Shown in pieces: positions 1 through 13,785 of a stretch of 64,000 bases of DNA. The position numbers were made by a program, and so were the translations under genes. Source of the DNA: Octopus sinensis (lineage: Eukaryota); NCBI RefSeq assembly GCF_006345805.1, contig NC_042999.1, positions 151,590,001 to 151,654,000 of the forward strand. Reading direction: 5' to 3'. The number at the start of each line of letters is the position of its first letter. Within the stretch, counting starts at the first letter, position 1. The notes beneath the pieces were generated by a model that was not told the origin of the DNA, did no database searches, and was given only the letters and a program-made list of their open reading frames with translations.

Positions 1-430
1 GGAGTGGCTGTGTGGTAAGTAGCTTGCCTACAAACCACATGGTTCCAGGTTCATTCCCACTGCGTAGCACCTTGGGCAAGTGTCTTCTACTATAGCCTCG
101 GGCCGACCAAAGCCTTGTGAGTGGATTTGGTAGATGGAAACTAAAAGAAGCTCGTCGTATATATGTATATATATATATATATATAAATATATATGTGTGT
201 GTGTGTGGTGTGTGTGTGTGTGTGTATGTTTGTGTGTTTGTGTTTGTCCCCCCAACATTGCTTGACAACCGATGCTGGTGTGTTTATGTCCCCGTAACCT
301 AGCAGTTCGGCAAAAGAGACCGATAGAATATGTACTAGGCTTACAAAGAATAAGTCCTGGGGTTGATCTGCTTGACTGAAGGCAGTGCTCTAGCATGGCC
401 GCAGTCAAATGACTGAAACAAGTAAAAGAG
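1..430 (+). mobile_element. tRNA-derived CORE-like SINE with internal microsatellite (family A)
   Basis: A/B-box-like head TGGCTGTGTGGTAAG...GGTTCA, CORE-like ACCTTGGGCAAGTG, tail GAAACAAGTAAAAGAG; many copies in the window. Confidence 0.85.
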
Positions 431-1623
431 TATATATATAAATAAAATTGTGTTACATACAAAATAAGGAGAAATGGCCTCTAAAGTGGACACCTTATAT
501 GCTAAACATAGATGTCAAATTGCCATTACCACAAAAAATGAGTTCTGAAGGAAAAAATCTCAGCTAAATGCCAAAATGTAAAAATGAGCAAGACAGATGA
601 AAACATACGAAATAAAAACGATTACCTATGTACCAATTGGTTTCACTTGTTAATATCTACGTATATAAACACATAGTGGTGGTGGTGGTAGTTGCTTCAA
701 AGTGAAGGTAGGGTTGCCAAATGTTTTCCGTGGATTTTACCAAAATAATTTTCAAAATTTATTTTTAAATTCTTGAGTTTTATCAGGGTAGATTTTTAAA
801 AAATACATAGCAAACTTTATTTTATATATGAAAAAATAGGGGACTTTTCTCATTCATTTATAATTAGGTTACTTCCACTTATTTACAGTTATTTAAAAAA
901 TATTTTTGCATAAGTTTTGAATATTGTTGCCTTAGTTTTACATATTGTTGCTTAAGTTGTAGATAGTTGCCATTCTGTAAATGTCACATTTTTTCATATA
1001 AAATAGCATTTAATGTTTCCATACTTAATTATAAATTATTTTATACCATTATACTGTTTACCAAAGAAAACAGCCTTTCTGGTGCAGATGAACGAATCAA
1101 TGATGATAATGAATTTATAGTTAATTTTGAGATGATTCATAAATAAGGTTTAACATCACATTTTTCTTGACAAATACGATACTAATTATTATAAAATATT
1201 TGTCTGGTTCTGAAATTTCATTCTTTTGTGGAGTTAACTCTTGACATTTTTTGCTGGCATTTCCATGCTCTTTTCTTTAATTAATATGAAGAAATTTCAT
1301 TAATAATTGGGTAACTGGATATGGCTGTCCTTGAAGACACATTTTCTGGACACCAAGCAGGCAAGGTCAAAACAGCTTTGCTAAAACATCTCATGCTCAC
1401 TTGGAATACTCAGCCACATACATGTTAATTCAATATGTAGGTAGTTCAGTTGTTCAAATAATTTGATATTCGTTATGGAAACTGATGAACCTCTCACTTT
1501 TATAAGTATGAGTAATGTGGTGTAAGTCAAAAATTGAGAGGTTTTTGTCATGCAAGGTACTTGATGACCCTGTTGGTGATGGTGCCATGTAAAAAGCACT
1601 GGTGATAGAGCTTTCTAAATGAG

Positions 1624-2056
1624 CTCTTTTACTCTTTTACTTGTTCCATTCATCTGACTGCGGCCATGCTGTAGCACTGCCATTTAGTCGAGCAAATTCA
1701 CTTCAAGACTTTTTCTTTGTAAGCCTAGTACTTATTCTATCAGTCTCTTTTTCTGAACCGCAAAGTTACGGGGACGTAAACACACCAGCATCAGTTGTCA
1801 AGCGATGTTGGGGGGACAAACACAGACACACAAACATATATACACACAAACATATATACACACACACATACATATATATATATACGTATATATGACGGGC
1901 TTCTTTCAGTTTCCATCTACCAAATCCACTCACAAAGCTTTGGTCAGTCTGAGGCTATAGTAGAAGACACTTGCCTAAGGTACCACGCAGTGGGACTGAA
2001 CCTGGAACCACGTTGTTGGTAATCAAGCTATTTACCACACAGCCACTCCTGCACCT
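1624..2056 (-). mobile_element. SINE family A copy
   Basis: Reverse-complement match to 1-430. Confidence 0.85.
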
Positions 2057-3093
2057 ATTTTAAAACTACTTTTAAAATTGTAGTTTTATTTTTGTCTTTA
2101 TAGAAAAACATAATAATGCTAACATATGAACACCACCCCTAGGTCCAGCCCTTGTTGCAGTGTTGGAGCTTGTGTTCCTCAATGAGCCTGAGAGCTTTGC
2201 TAGTGGAGTACAAGTTCTTGGTAGGACCTATTCTTGGAAGGTCAATGGTAGAGGCCAGAATAAGATAAACTACTTCTTCCCAAAGATAAAATTGGGTTTG
2301 CATAGGGCCAACAGCTCAACCAAGAAAACAGCACAGTTACAGAAGCATTGATGACAATTCAGAAAACCTGAGAGAGGAAGGCCTTATCTTAAGGAAACAC
2401 TGTAAATGGGGATGGACAAGCATTGAGCAGAAAAGACAGCCCAGAGTCAAACCAGTGGAAAAAAGTCAATGATGGCTTGTGATCTTCAGAGAGCAAAGGG
2501 CTTAAAGAAATCTCAAGTAAGTAACATATGAATTACATAGACAACTCGTTGCGCATGATTATGAAAGCACAGAACATGATGGCTAATATCCAGTTATCTG
2601 AATATGACCACTGGTAAATTGAAGTAAATACATAAATGCCTATGCAGCAGTAGAATGACCAAATAACAACAGAATTGTTTTTGCCAAGTCTAATCAGCTA
2701 ATGAAATTAGATTTTCTGGATTTTTTTAATCTGCAAAATAACATCTGTCAAAATCAATTTCTCTGACAATTGATTTATAGGTGTTGATTCAATACTCAGT
2801 CTTGCTAATTCAACAGGTTTTAATATGTTTACGTTTGCTGAAATATATTTCTTTGGCTGTAGGAGCAGGCATGGCTGTGTGGTTAGGAAGCTTGTCTCCC
2901 CAACCATTGCGGTATAGGATTCAGTCACACTTTACAGCACCTTGGACAAATATCTTCTACTACTGCCCTGAGTTTGACCAAAGCCTTGCGAGTAGATTTG
3001 GCAGATGGAAACTAAAAGTCCATTGTATATATGCATGCACATGGGTATGTGTGCTTATGTTTGATATATACATATACATACATACATATACAT

Positions 3094-3137
<44 letters not shown>

Positions 3138-3787
3138 CAACAGTAAACAACCTGAAGTACGTAAGCAAATGAATTAAATATGCAAACAATGAGAGAAAAA
3201 AATGGAAGACAGGACAAGTAACACAAAGAACGACTCTTCATCAGTTGTTGGTTGTCTATCTACTCCTCATTTCGAGCATTCAATGACAATATGAGTCTTT
3301 AAAGACAGTTGCTCCCATAAATACCAAAATAAAATTTTGGATTTATAGAGGGTCAAAGTTGGGAACAAAAACAGGACAGTGGTGACATACAAGGAAACTG
3401 AATGCAAGCAAACATGGAGGATTGTTGGACCAGAACGAGGAGAAAATAGTGAACACTGAGAGAACTATTTTCTTTGAAAAGAGAAAAGATAGAAGAGAGA
3501 GATAGAAGACATCCAGTCCTTTGGATGTCCTGGAGGAAAAGAAAGATGGTAATGTGAGAAAAAGAAAGATGGATGATGGTCACGTGTGAGCAATGGGAGA
3601 GAGAAAAAGAGAAAGAGGGAGAGAGAGAGAGACAGTTAAGAAAACGGTGAAGGGGAGAAAAGGGGAATTAGAGAAGGATGGTGGAGAAAGCAGTATAGAG
3701 TAGAGTCATGTCAAAAAGGTCAAGATAAATTTACTTGGAAATGGATGCATGACATTCAATTAAATAGTAATATAATATATATGTGTG

Positions 3788-3840
<53 letters not shown>

Positions 3841-3992
3841 TATATGAGTGCAGGATGTCACTAACAGTAAACAAAATAAAGTACAAAAACAAATTAGTTA
3901 AATACGCAAACAATGAGAGAAAAAATGAAAAACAGGACAAGTAACACAAAGAACGAGCCTTCATCAGTTGTTGGGTGTCTCTCTATATATAT

Positions 3993-4113
3993 ACAGTAGT
4001 ACCTCAGTTTTTGAACATCTCTGATCATGAATAAATCGTGCTTTACATATATATATATATATAAAGCACAATTTATTTGTGATCAGAGGCATTTGTAAAC
4101 CAAGGTACTACTG
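3993..4113. mobile_element. Foldback Tigger-like MITE; a further half copy at 4141-4194
   Basis: TA-CAGTAGTACCT...AGGTACTACTG-TA with about 55-bp imperfect arms around a TA tract. Confidence 0.7.
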
Positions 4114-4256
4114 TATTAAATGAATATGAGAAAGACAGGGGATAAAGCACAATTTATTCATGATCAGAGTTATTCGAAAACAGAGGTACTACTGTATATA
4201 TACATATTTGATTAATGAGAGAGAGATGGAATATGGAAGATACAAGAATCTTTATT

Positions 4257-4364
4257 GATCACTATAATTGTTTCAACCCATCTAGCATTGATCCCTCATG
4301 GGTGGGATTCTAAACATCTGGTTTAGGTGTTTCCCTCAGTGTAGATGTGTCTCCTCAGGTGAAT
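4257..4364 (-). ncRNA. Degenerate hammerhead motif with long stem II (Penelope-like remnant)
   Basis: TCAC-CTGAGGA-GACACATCTA...TAGATGGGTT-GAA-ACAATTAT-A-GTGA; stem III is one substitution from the palindrome ACAATTGT. Confidence 0.5.
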
Positions 4365-4429
4365 ATTTAAGTATAAATATATAGATATTCATATTAATAG
4401 AACAAGCTTAGCTAGACTACAAACGACAG

Positions 4430-4790
4430 AGAAAACTTTGACCTTGATGACAGAGGCTTGATTTTTCCCATGTTCATTTGCTCTGATTATGGTCTGCATA
4501 TTGTGGGGAACTACATTGCCAACATTATGATGGATCTCTGAGCCCCCATAATAACCAAAGATGTTCCAAAGGAACTTGGTTGAGGAAAAAACTACTTCCT
4601 GTGCTATATTCTTCAGATACTGCTTTTCCTGACTATCATTTGTTTAGAAGTTTCCAAAACAATTTAATTGAACTTCACTAACTTTAAGAGCAGTGGTAAA
4701 AAATGACTTAGTTTCAAAAGGAATTCTTCAGACATAACATCTGAAAAATTACCAGAATCATGAAGAATATATTGATTAAATGCATCTAAA
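4430..4790 (+). pseudogene. Decayed mariner transposase C-terminal fragment
   Basis: YSSDTAFPDYHLFRSFQNNL at about 4606-4666 resembles the mariner YSPDLAPSDYHLF motif. Confidence 0.6.
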
Positions 4791-6161
4791 AAACTCTACT
4801 TTATTTTTCTAAATTCTAAATTCTTCTCAACAAATGTGTGTATGTCTGAGTGTATGTGTGCACACATATATGTGAATGAGTAGTTGCTACTTCCACGATG
4901 GTTAACTTTATCAAAATTTCCCCAATCAGTAATGTTATACTACATGGAAAAATATGAGCATGAAAAGTAATATTCTTAAGATTATAAACCTGGAAAAGTA
5001 CAGGACAAGTTATTACACCTGCAAAAGTATAGAACAAACTATTACTTCTAGTAAAGTAATGAGTAAGAAACGTTTTACTTAAAATATTGCAGCAATGAAT
5101 GCCAGTTCTTCTAATTTATCACTCTTTACAGTTCTTATTTTTAAAAATTATTGTACAAAACTGTTGTAATTTTGTCTAATTAGTCACTTTTTTTCTGTAT
5201 TTAAGGTAAGTAAATTAGCCAAACTCTACTTGAATAAGTTATAGTGTTATTTGTAAACTATAATAAAATAAGTTTTAATATGCATCTCTCTGGGCCACGA
5301 TTGTGGCCCGTCATGCTTTATGTGTTAATATCCATTTTCTATGCTGGCATGGGTTGGATGGTTTGCCTGAAAACTGGTGAGCTAGGGGGTGGGGGCTGTA
5401 CCAGGTTTTTTTGATCTGATTTGGTAAGGGTTCTACAGCTGGACACCCTTCTTGATGCCAACCACTCCAAGAGTGTAGTACCAATATATATCTGTGCTGA
5501 TCAGACCTAAGCTCAAATTTCAGTTTTTTTCTTGATAAAGCCACAATATCAAGATATGAGGTAAAAATGGGAATTGTTTCTGATATGGTTTTTGTTTTAT
5601 AATTTTGTTATCTTCATCTTGCAGTGTAGTAATGTTAAAAAAAGATTCATCTGTACGTTTGTGTGAGTGTATGAATGTGTGTGTGTGTGTGCGCGGTCGC
5701 GCATGCATGTGTGTGTGCAAGTGTGAGTGTGTGTAAGTGTGAGTGTGTGTAAGTGTAAGGATAAATCAGAGACAGAATGACTGACAAACATTACTGATTG
5801 ATTAACTGGAACGAGACAGAAATACAGGGAGGTTGGCAGATAAGAGGGAAAATGAAACCAGACCACATCAGAGTAAAGGAAAGGTGGTGGGGGTGATATA
5901 GATGTGTGTGTGCATGTACATGTACATATGTATATATATACATATATATATATAGACACACACACACATATATATATATGTATATATACATACATATATA
6001 TATACTTATATATACACATATATATATATACACATATACATACATATATATATGTATATATACATATATATATATACATGTGTATAAATATATGCATATA
6101 TATGTATGTGCAAGTATATATATGTGTACATATAAATATATATATATATATAATATATTAT

Positions 6162-6204
<43 letters not shown>

Positions 6205-6288
6205 CTATATATATATATATATATATACTTATACATATCTATATGTACATATATATATGTGTATATATATGCATGTCTGTGTATGTAT

Positions 6289-6344
<56 letters not shown>

Positions 6345-7045
6345 AATACATACATACATACACACATACATACATATATATATGATGTCTTAACATAACA
6401 ATGAGATCAGTAACAAATAGAGAGACAAAAATAGGTAAACACACAAACACACCCACAGACAGACAGACAGACAGAAAGATAGGTCAATAGCTTGACAGAC
6501 AAATAAGTAAATACATTGGTAGATGTATAGTTAAAGAAAATTCTAAGATCGGTTGATATACTGATTGACAGACAGCAACAGAAGACAGAAGACAGACAGA
6601 AGATAATAGACAGGTAGACGTTATATATAGACAGGTACACACACTAGTGGGTAAGATAAGTAGAAACAGAAACTGATAGGCTAATAAATGAAATTGTGTA
6701 TGTATGTATGTATGTATGTGTGCATGTGTGTGAGAGAGAGAAAGAAGAGGAGAGAGAGAGGGGGAAAGAGAGAAGTGATACCAGCTATTATGAGCGCCAA
6801 TTTGAGATAGAAAAGAGAAGCAGGCTTCAGAAGAAGGCTATGGTTCAAGTCCTATTAGCTGACCTGATTCTCTCGCCTGACCTCAAATTTTACTTGCTTG
6901 ATATCAATTTACATTGAACACTGCTGTAGATAACTGATTCAAGCGGATGTTAAATGATGATGATGGTGTATATTATGTATATACACACACACACATATAT
7001 ATATACATACACACACACACACACACAAATATATATATATATATG

Positions 7046-7082
<37 letters not shown>

Positions 7083-7126
7083 GTATATATATATGTGTGT
7101 GTATGTGTGTATATGTTATATATATG

Positions 7127-7166
<40 letters not shown>

Positions 7167-7219
7167 GTGTATATGTATATATATATATATGTATATATAT
7201 ATATGTATATATATATGTG

Positions 7220-7257
<38 letters not shown>

Positions 7258-7839
7258 ATATTATATATACTATTTTATATATTATATAGATATCATTTAT
7301 ATATTATGTATACATATATATGTACATACATATATACATACATACATGATTGGCTCATCTTGTCAGATGATAGTTATCTGTATGTCATAGGAGTTAAGTG
7401 ACAAACACTGGCACAGCACTTTTGCCACTCTTTCGGTTGCCATAGTAGGTTCCAGTGATAAGCATTGCAAGATGACTGACACTATTTCGACTGAAAGTTT
7501 TACGTTAGAGTTTCTTCCTTCAAGAAGTGCTGTCTCTGTCGTTGGGAGAACTACTTGACACATGCTGTCATTCAAGGTTAGAAACTACTTATATATATAT
7601 ATGTATATATATATAGCAATTAAGGACAACTACTTAATAAGGAAAACTTAACAAGAAATTGTCAGGTAGATAGCGTAAAAACCTCATAAGAGAAAAAATT
7701 TCGAAAATAATTATTTCTTATTGAACATATTAATTTATATATAGAGGGCATTATACATACATGCCAGAAGGCATTATACATACATGCCATGTATGTATAA
7801 TGCCTTCTGGCATGTATGTATAATGCCCTCTATATATAA

Positions 7840-7898
<59 letters not shown>

Positions 7899-8230
7899 TA
7901 TATACACACATACATACACACACACACATACACACGAGGGATGTATGAAAAGTTTTGAGCCTTCAACGACTTTGAGCCTTGGAGTCTTGCACCATGTTTT
8001 GTTTTTTGAAGACTCAAGACTTTTCATATGCCCCTTGTGTCTATATATATATAAGTCAGTAAATGGTGGGGTTGTGTTAACCGCATGTGGAGGAAAGGAA
8101 AAAATAATAATAAGGTAGAATGCTAAACTGAAAGCAAATTTAATATAAATGGGTGTAAGAAAGATTAAAAAGGATTTCAAACAGCCTTCATTGCATGGCA
8201 AATTTTCAAGAAAAGAAAGGGGGTGCTAAG

Positions 8231-8652
8231 GTTTCTTATTTCTTTACTGCCCACAAGGGGTTAGACACAGAGGGAACAAACAAGGACAGACAAATGGATT
8301 AAGTCGATTACATCGACCCTAGTGCATTACTGATACTTATTTAATCGACCCTGAAAGGATGAAAGACAGAGTCGATCTCGGCAGAATTTGAACACAGAAT
8401 GTAGTGGCAGACAAAATACCTATTTCTTTATTACCCACAAGGGGCTAAACATAGAGGGGACAAACAAAGACAGGCATAGGTATTAAGTCGATTATATCGA
8501 CCCTAGTGCATAACTGGTACTTAATTTATCGACCCCAAAAGGATGAAAGGCAAAGTCGACCTTGGCGGAATTTGAACTCACAATGTAACGGCAGACGAAA
8601 CACTGCTAAGCATTTCGCCCAGCATGCTAACGTTTCTACCAGCTCACCTCCT
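8231..8652 (-). mobile_element. SINE family B, tandem multimer
   Basis: Repeated unit containing GAGTTCAAATTCCGCCGAGGTCGACTTTGCCTTTCATCCTTTCGGGGTCGAT (consensus), CpG-decayed here. Confidence 0.85.
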
Positions 8653-9117
8653 TTCAACGTAACAAATAATGTCTCAGGTTTGCTGGTCGGTGCAAATATT
8701 ATTGGTGACGTAAAACTTAAGTCATTACTTGTTTTTCATTTGGTTCTCCAAGAGCAATGAAAGACATCTCCAAGCGTAATCTGCCTTTCATATGGAAACC
8801 TAGCAGAAAAAAAAACTTGATTACGCCGGCTTTGTTTACTGAATTATTTTGGAACTTTTCTGCCTTGCTGTCAAAAGTTACTGTGAGAAAAATAATTTCG
8901 ATCTCAAGGCATTTCTACTTCTGTAAAAAACGCCCCTGGTCATCTTTCCAATCACGATTCATTGCAAACGAGCGTACCTGTTGAACTACATTACGTCTCT
9001 GTAAACACAATTTCACTATTTACTACATCAGCATATTATCTTAGAAGATCTTGAAGTTGATTACATCAACGGTGATAAACATCAGGCCATCAAAGAGTTC
9101 AGGAAAATTACATTATG
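8653..9117 (+). pseudogene. pogo/Tigger DDE transposase fragment, frameshifted
   Basis: LLVGANIIGDVKLKSLLVFH, NLPFIWK, ITPALF and NAPGH match Tigger-type motifs. Confidence 0.75.
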
Positions 9118-9202
9118 AAAAAAAAATAAATAAATAAATAAATACATTACTACTCAAATTTTTAGAATGTGTGCCTTTTTCAGATATATGGTCGACTGAC
9201 AA

Positions 9203-9270
<68 letters not shown>

Positions 9271-10416
9271 GAATGCGAGACATCCATCTCTTGTCAGTTT
9301 GTAGAATTCTACTTTCCAGTGTCTGATTCTGAAGAAGAGATAACCACTCCAAAATACATGCATCCCTCAGTCTAGTTAGAGAGCACTTCAAACTGACTTG
9401 TGTTTACACCTATTTGTCAATAGTGAGAAATTTTCTCCACAACAAAATACAGAGTGACTTTCTTACTACCTCAAATATGTCCCAAGCATATATGAACACA
9501 CTTACATGCATATGTGCATGTGTGTGTGTATGTGTTAGTGTGCATGAGCATATAAATAAGCAAAGTACTTATCTAAAATATTGTCATTATTAAAAAATTG
9601 CACATTTAGAGTCATTTTGTCAAAAATTTAGTACATGGTTTGAAATATCATTTGAAAATGAAATCAATTTATTCATTTACGCTTAAATTTCATTACATTT
9701 TGAAGATATTCAAGTTTTCTAAAATATTCAAGAGATTTAGTTTTTACAATGTGTAAATATATTTCAAATGTTATAAAAATTAACAATCCCATTCATAGAG
9801 CATAATACCAACAAATTTTTGAAATATATAGAAATGTAAAAGTGAGACTGAGAACTAACACATTATTTTCTCACTTGCATGGTATTTGATACTGTCTACA
9901 AACTTTCTGAACATATTAATTTTTCTAAATGAGAAATTTTTGTAATGACAGCATTTCAATATATATTTTCTCTCTCTCTCTATTTTTTTTTTTGTTTGAA
10001 ATAGAAGTGCTTTTTCCTGGCAATGATTTTTGATGGTGGTAATCACTAAATAGAAATTTAAATGGGAAGCAATTGAAGAATTGTTGTTGTATGTTGGGAG
10101 GATCATTTTGCCAAGGAAAACACACACTGGTTCTATTTTCCTTCCTTTTTATTAACGGTCACTTGCAAAATTAATTATCCAGTTAAGCACTTGATTGATC
10201 AGTTAAGCACTTGATCATTTGTTTGATCACTCAACCTCTGAGTCCTTTCGACACCATTTGCGACCTCATCACTGATATGCCTCATCTACCTCATATCTCA
10301 AAGAACTGATTATTGTCTATTTTCTATAGTATCTGAAACACTGTTCTAACTTATTTAAAATACAATTTCAAAATGAGTAATTTTAATGAAGTACTTTATA
10401 GTTACATATAAGCATT

Positions 10417-10855
10417 GGCGTAGGAATGGCACTGTGGTAAGAAGCTTGGTTCCCAACAACATGGTTTTGGGTTCAGTTCCACTGTGTGGCATCTTGGGCA
10501 AGTGTCTTCCACTATAGCCTTGTGTCGACCAAGACTTGTCAGTGGATTTGGGTGAGGGAAACTGAAAGAAGCCTATCATAAAATATATATATATGTGTAT
10601 GTATGTATGTATGTATATGTATATATATATATATCTATGTGTGTGTGTTCATCCCCCACCATCACTGTATGACAACTGGTATTGGTGTGTTTACATCTCC
10701 ATAACTTAGCAGTTTGGAAAAAAAGACTGATAGAATAAGTACCAGGCTTAGAAAATAAGTACTGGGGTCAATTCATTCGACTAAAATTTCAAGGTGGTAC
10801 CCCAGCATGGCCTCAGTCTAATGACTGAAACAAGTAAAAGATAAAAGAGAAAAGA
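10417..10855 (+). mobile_element. SINE family A copy (diverged)
   Basis: Match to 1-430. Confidence 0.8.
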
Positions 10856-11410
10856 AGAATTGTACATGCAGAATCTGCACAATTTTGATAGCCCAACCTC
10901 ATCCTGGGGCCTTAAGAGTGTCGTTTGACATATTAGGGCAGCATGCTGCTAAACTCGCCAGAGAACGCTTTGAAAATAAAACAAACTGGGGCAATATTAT
11001 GGAAGATGCTGGAAGATGCTACAGTTTCCTGTTCTTGAAGAAAAAAAATCAGCTTTTGTTATCTTATGTGCTTGTTCATTGCTGAATCCTCAGCAAATTT
11101 GACATCATTACCAGGACAGCATCACAGAAGACTTATTGTTTTAAGCACAATAAGAGTCAAAAACCTTCACATCTTGAGTGGACTTATAAAAAGAACCACT
11201 GATCTTTATCACAAATATGGTACAGTCCATTGATGACAAGGGTCTTGGAACTGTGGACAATCATTTCCAATACAAACTGTAGCTGCAGCTCTGAATCAAG
11301 AGAGACTTTACACTATCGGTTATGACATACAACAAGAACAGTGAGTGCAGGGAAACGAATTATTTTATGTTCCAGCTAAATGAGTAGCTTATATGTATAT
11401 AATAAATAGT

Positions 11411-11487
<77 letters not shown>

Positions 11488-11515
11488 TTATTATATATAT
11501 ATATATATATATTAT

Positions 11516-11573
<58 letters not shown>

Positions 11574-12448
11574 ATATATGTATGTATATATATAATAATA
11601 TTAGGGAATAAATCCAAACTTACAGGGAAAAATTAGATTTAGGATTAAATCCAATTTTATAGTATAAATATATTATATTATATTATTTTAAATTAGAGAT
11701 AAAACCACTATTAGGCAAATCAAACAGTGAAAAAGTGAAAAACATAAGCCAATATTTTCACTGTTTGATTTACCTAATAGTGGTTTTATCTCTAATTTAA
11801 TATAATATGTATATATATATATACACATGCATATATGGGTAAAAGACATCACCAACGGTTCAAACAACATGAAATACGTAAACAAACGAGTTAAATACTT
11901 AACGAAAAAAGCAGAGAACAGGACAAGTAAACACAGAGAACAAACCTTTTATCAATTGTCGGCTGTCTATCTACTACTCCTTTTGAGCATTCAATGACAA
12001 TATGAGTCTTCAAAGACAGTTGCTTCCATAAATTCTAAAATAAAATTCAGGATTTATGGAGGGTCAAAGTTGGGAACAAAAACATGTTTCAGTCATTAGA
12101 CTGAGGCCATGCTAAAATTCTTCAAGGCGGTGCCCCAGTATGGCTGCATTCTAATGACTGAAACAAGTAAAAATTAATGGTAAATAAATAAAATGTGGAA
12201 CATTCATCAACACATCTCAAGAAATTCTATTGAAAATATACCCTAACCTCTTAGAAACATTGAGTGATAATCAGAATATGTCATCCTAACTCCCCAAAAT
12301 AGTATTGTATAAGATATTAAAGACATCATCATTCAACAGGCAAAAAAAAAAAATTGAAATTTCCAATCAACAGTCACTAAAGCTTCATACTTAATAAAAA
12401 CCAACTTTAGACATGTATCTGTATTACAATGAGAGATATATGCAAAAA

Positions 12449-13334
12449 CGAGGTGGTACGTAAAGATTCCCAGGTTAGTTATGTTTAATAAAAAATAACT
12501 TATTTACCTAAGTTTTACCATCATTTCCTTCAAAATAGTCACCTTGCATAGCAATACACCAGTCTCAGTATTCCTGCCACTTTTGGAATCTGGCCTGGAA
12601 ATTGTTTTCCATAAGTGAGTTGAGGACCTTCTGTGATTAGCTCTGGATCTCAACAACAGTGTTAAAATGGTGACCTTTGGGCTGCCTTTTCATATTGGAA
12701 AAGGGATGGAAGTCTGCAGGTAATAAATCTTGTGAATAGGGTGGGTGCAGATGTGATACCATATTGTTGTGGCAAGAAACTCACAAGTGAGGAAAGCTTG
12801 GTGAAGAACCCAATTCTTCGTGCTCCACAGATCCGGTCCCTTTTGTTAAATGCCTTCCCTCAAATGCTTCAAATCATCATAGTAGAACTCTTGATTGACA
12901 GTCTGGCCTAGGGGAGACAAATTCTTGATGTGCAATGCCACATTTATAAGGGTTGACATTCCAGATTGCTCATTGTCTTCCAGGGAAATTCTTCCACTTT
13001 TGAAGCACCTGTGCCCTTTGAAACATTGTGTACGAACCATTGCCTCATCACCATAAGCTTGCCAAAGCATGTTCAATGTCTCTGTAGCAGACTTTCCAAA
13101 TTTAACACAAAATTTCACATTGGCTCTTTGTTCCTGTCCATGACAAAATGCAGACGACAGCATACGTGTGTTCACAAAAGCACATATTTCATAACCTGTG
13201 AAGCAAACACAGCAATGTTACTTGGCACACTGCTCCATGAATGTCACTCCTAGCTCTCACTGAACATACAACCATGTGCTGCCATCTGTTGGTGCACTAC
13301 AGAACTAGTCCAGGAATTTTTTGATACCACCTTG
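12449..13334 (-). mobile_element. Decayed mariner element
   Basis: EQRANVKFCVKFGKSATET...GQTVNQEFY transposase remnants (ORF 12846-13175); degenerate TIRs CGAGGTGGTA / TACCACCTTG. Confidence 0.8.
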
Positions 13335-13785
13335 TATAGTTACATTTAAAAAGTACTGCATAAGAAAAATGTAATAAATTAAGTCATTTAATTACATCAT
13401 CATTTAATGTCCATTTACAAAAACTGTTTCAACATAGTTGGCACCAAGGCAAAGCTAGATACATCTGCTAGATTATACTGACATTTTGCTTAATGCCTAC
13501 TGCCTACCCTGAATAAATATTCACAGTAAGCTGTTGGCATTCATAAAGTAAAGAGTCAACAGAAAATGCCTTGTCATTATAGGGCAACAGGTTATGAAAT
13601 ATTTCCACGACAAAGTGTTTATTTGCATGAATTAAATGGAAAAGTTGTGTCATACTAATGTGTGTGCGTAAATAAACATCATTACTATTGTATATTCATT
13701 ATAGTTGAAACACATTTGTATTTTCAATGCAATTGCTCTTCCATATGTGTATGTGCATACATGTGTATGTGTGTGTCTGTATTGG

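Noticed and set aside
3140-3400. Hammerhead in the repeat at 3140-3400, 3860-3985 and 11845-12085 (CTGATGA on the minus strand)
   Set aside because: I could not build stems I-III around the motif; kept only as an unclassified dispersed repeat
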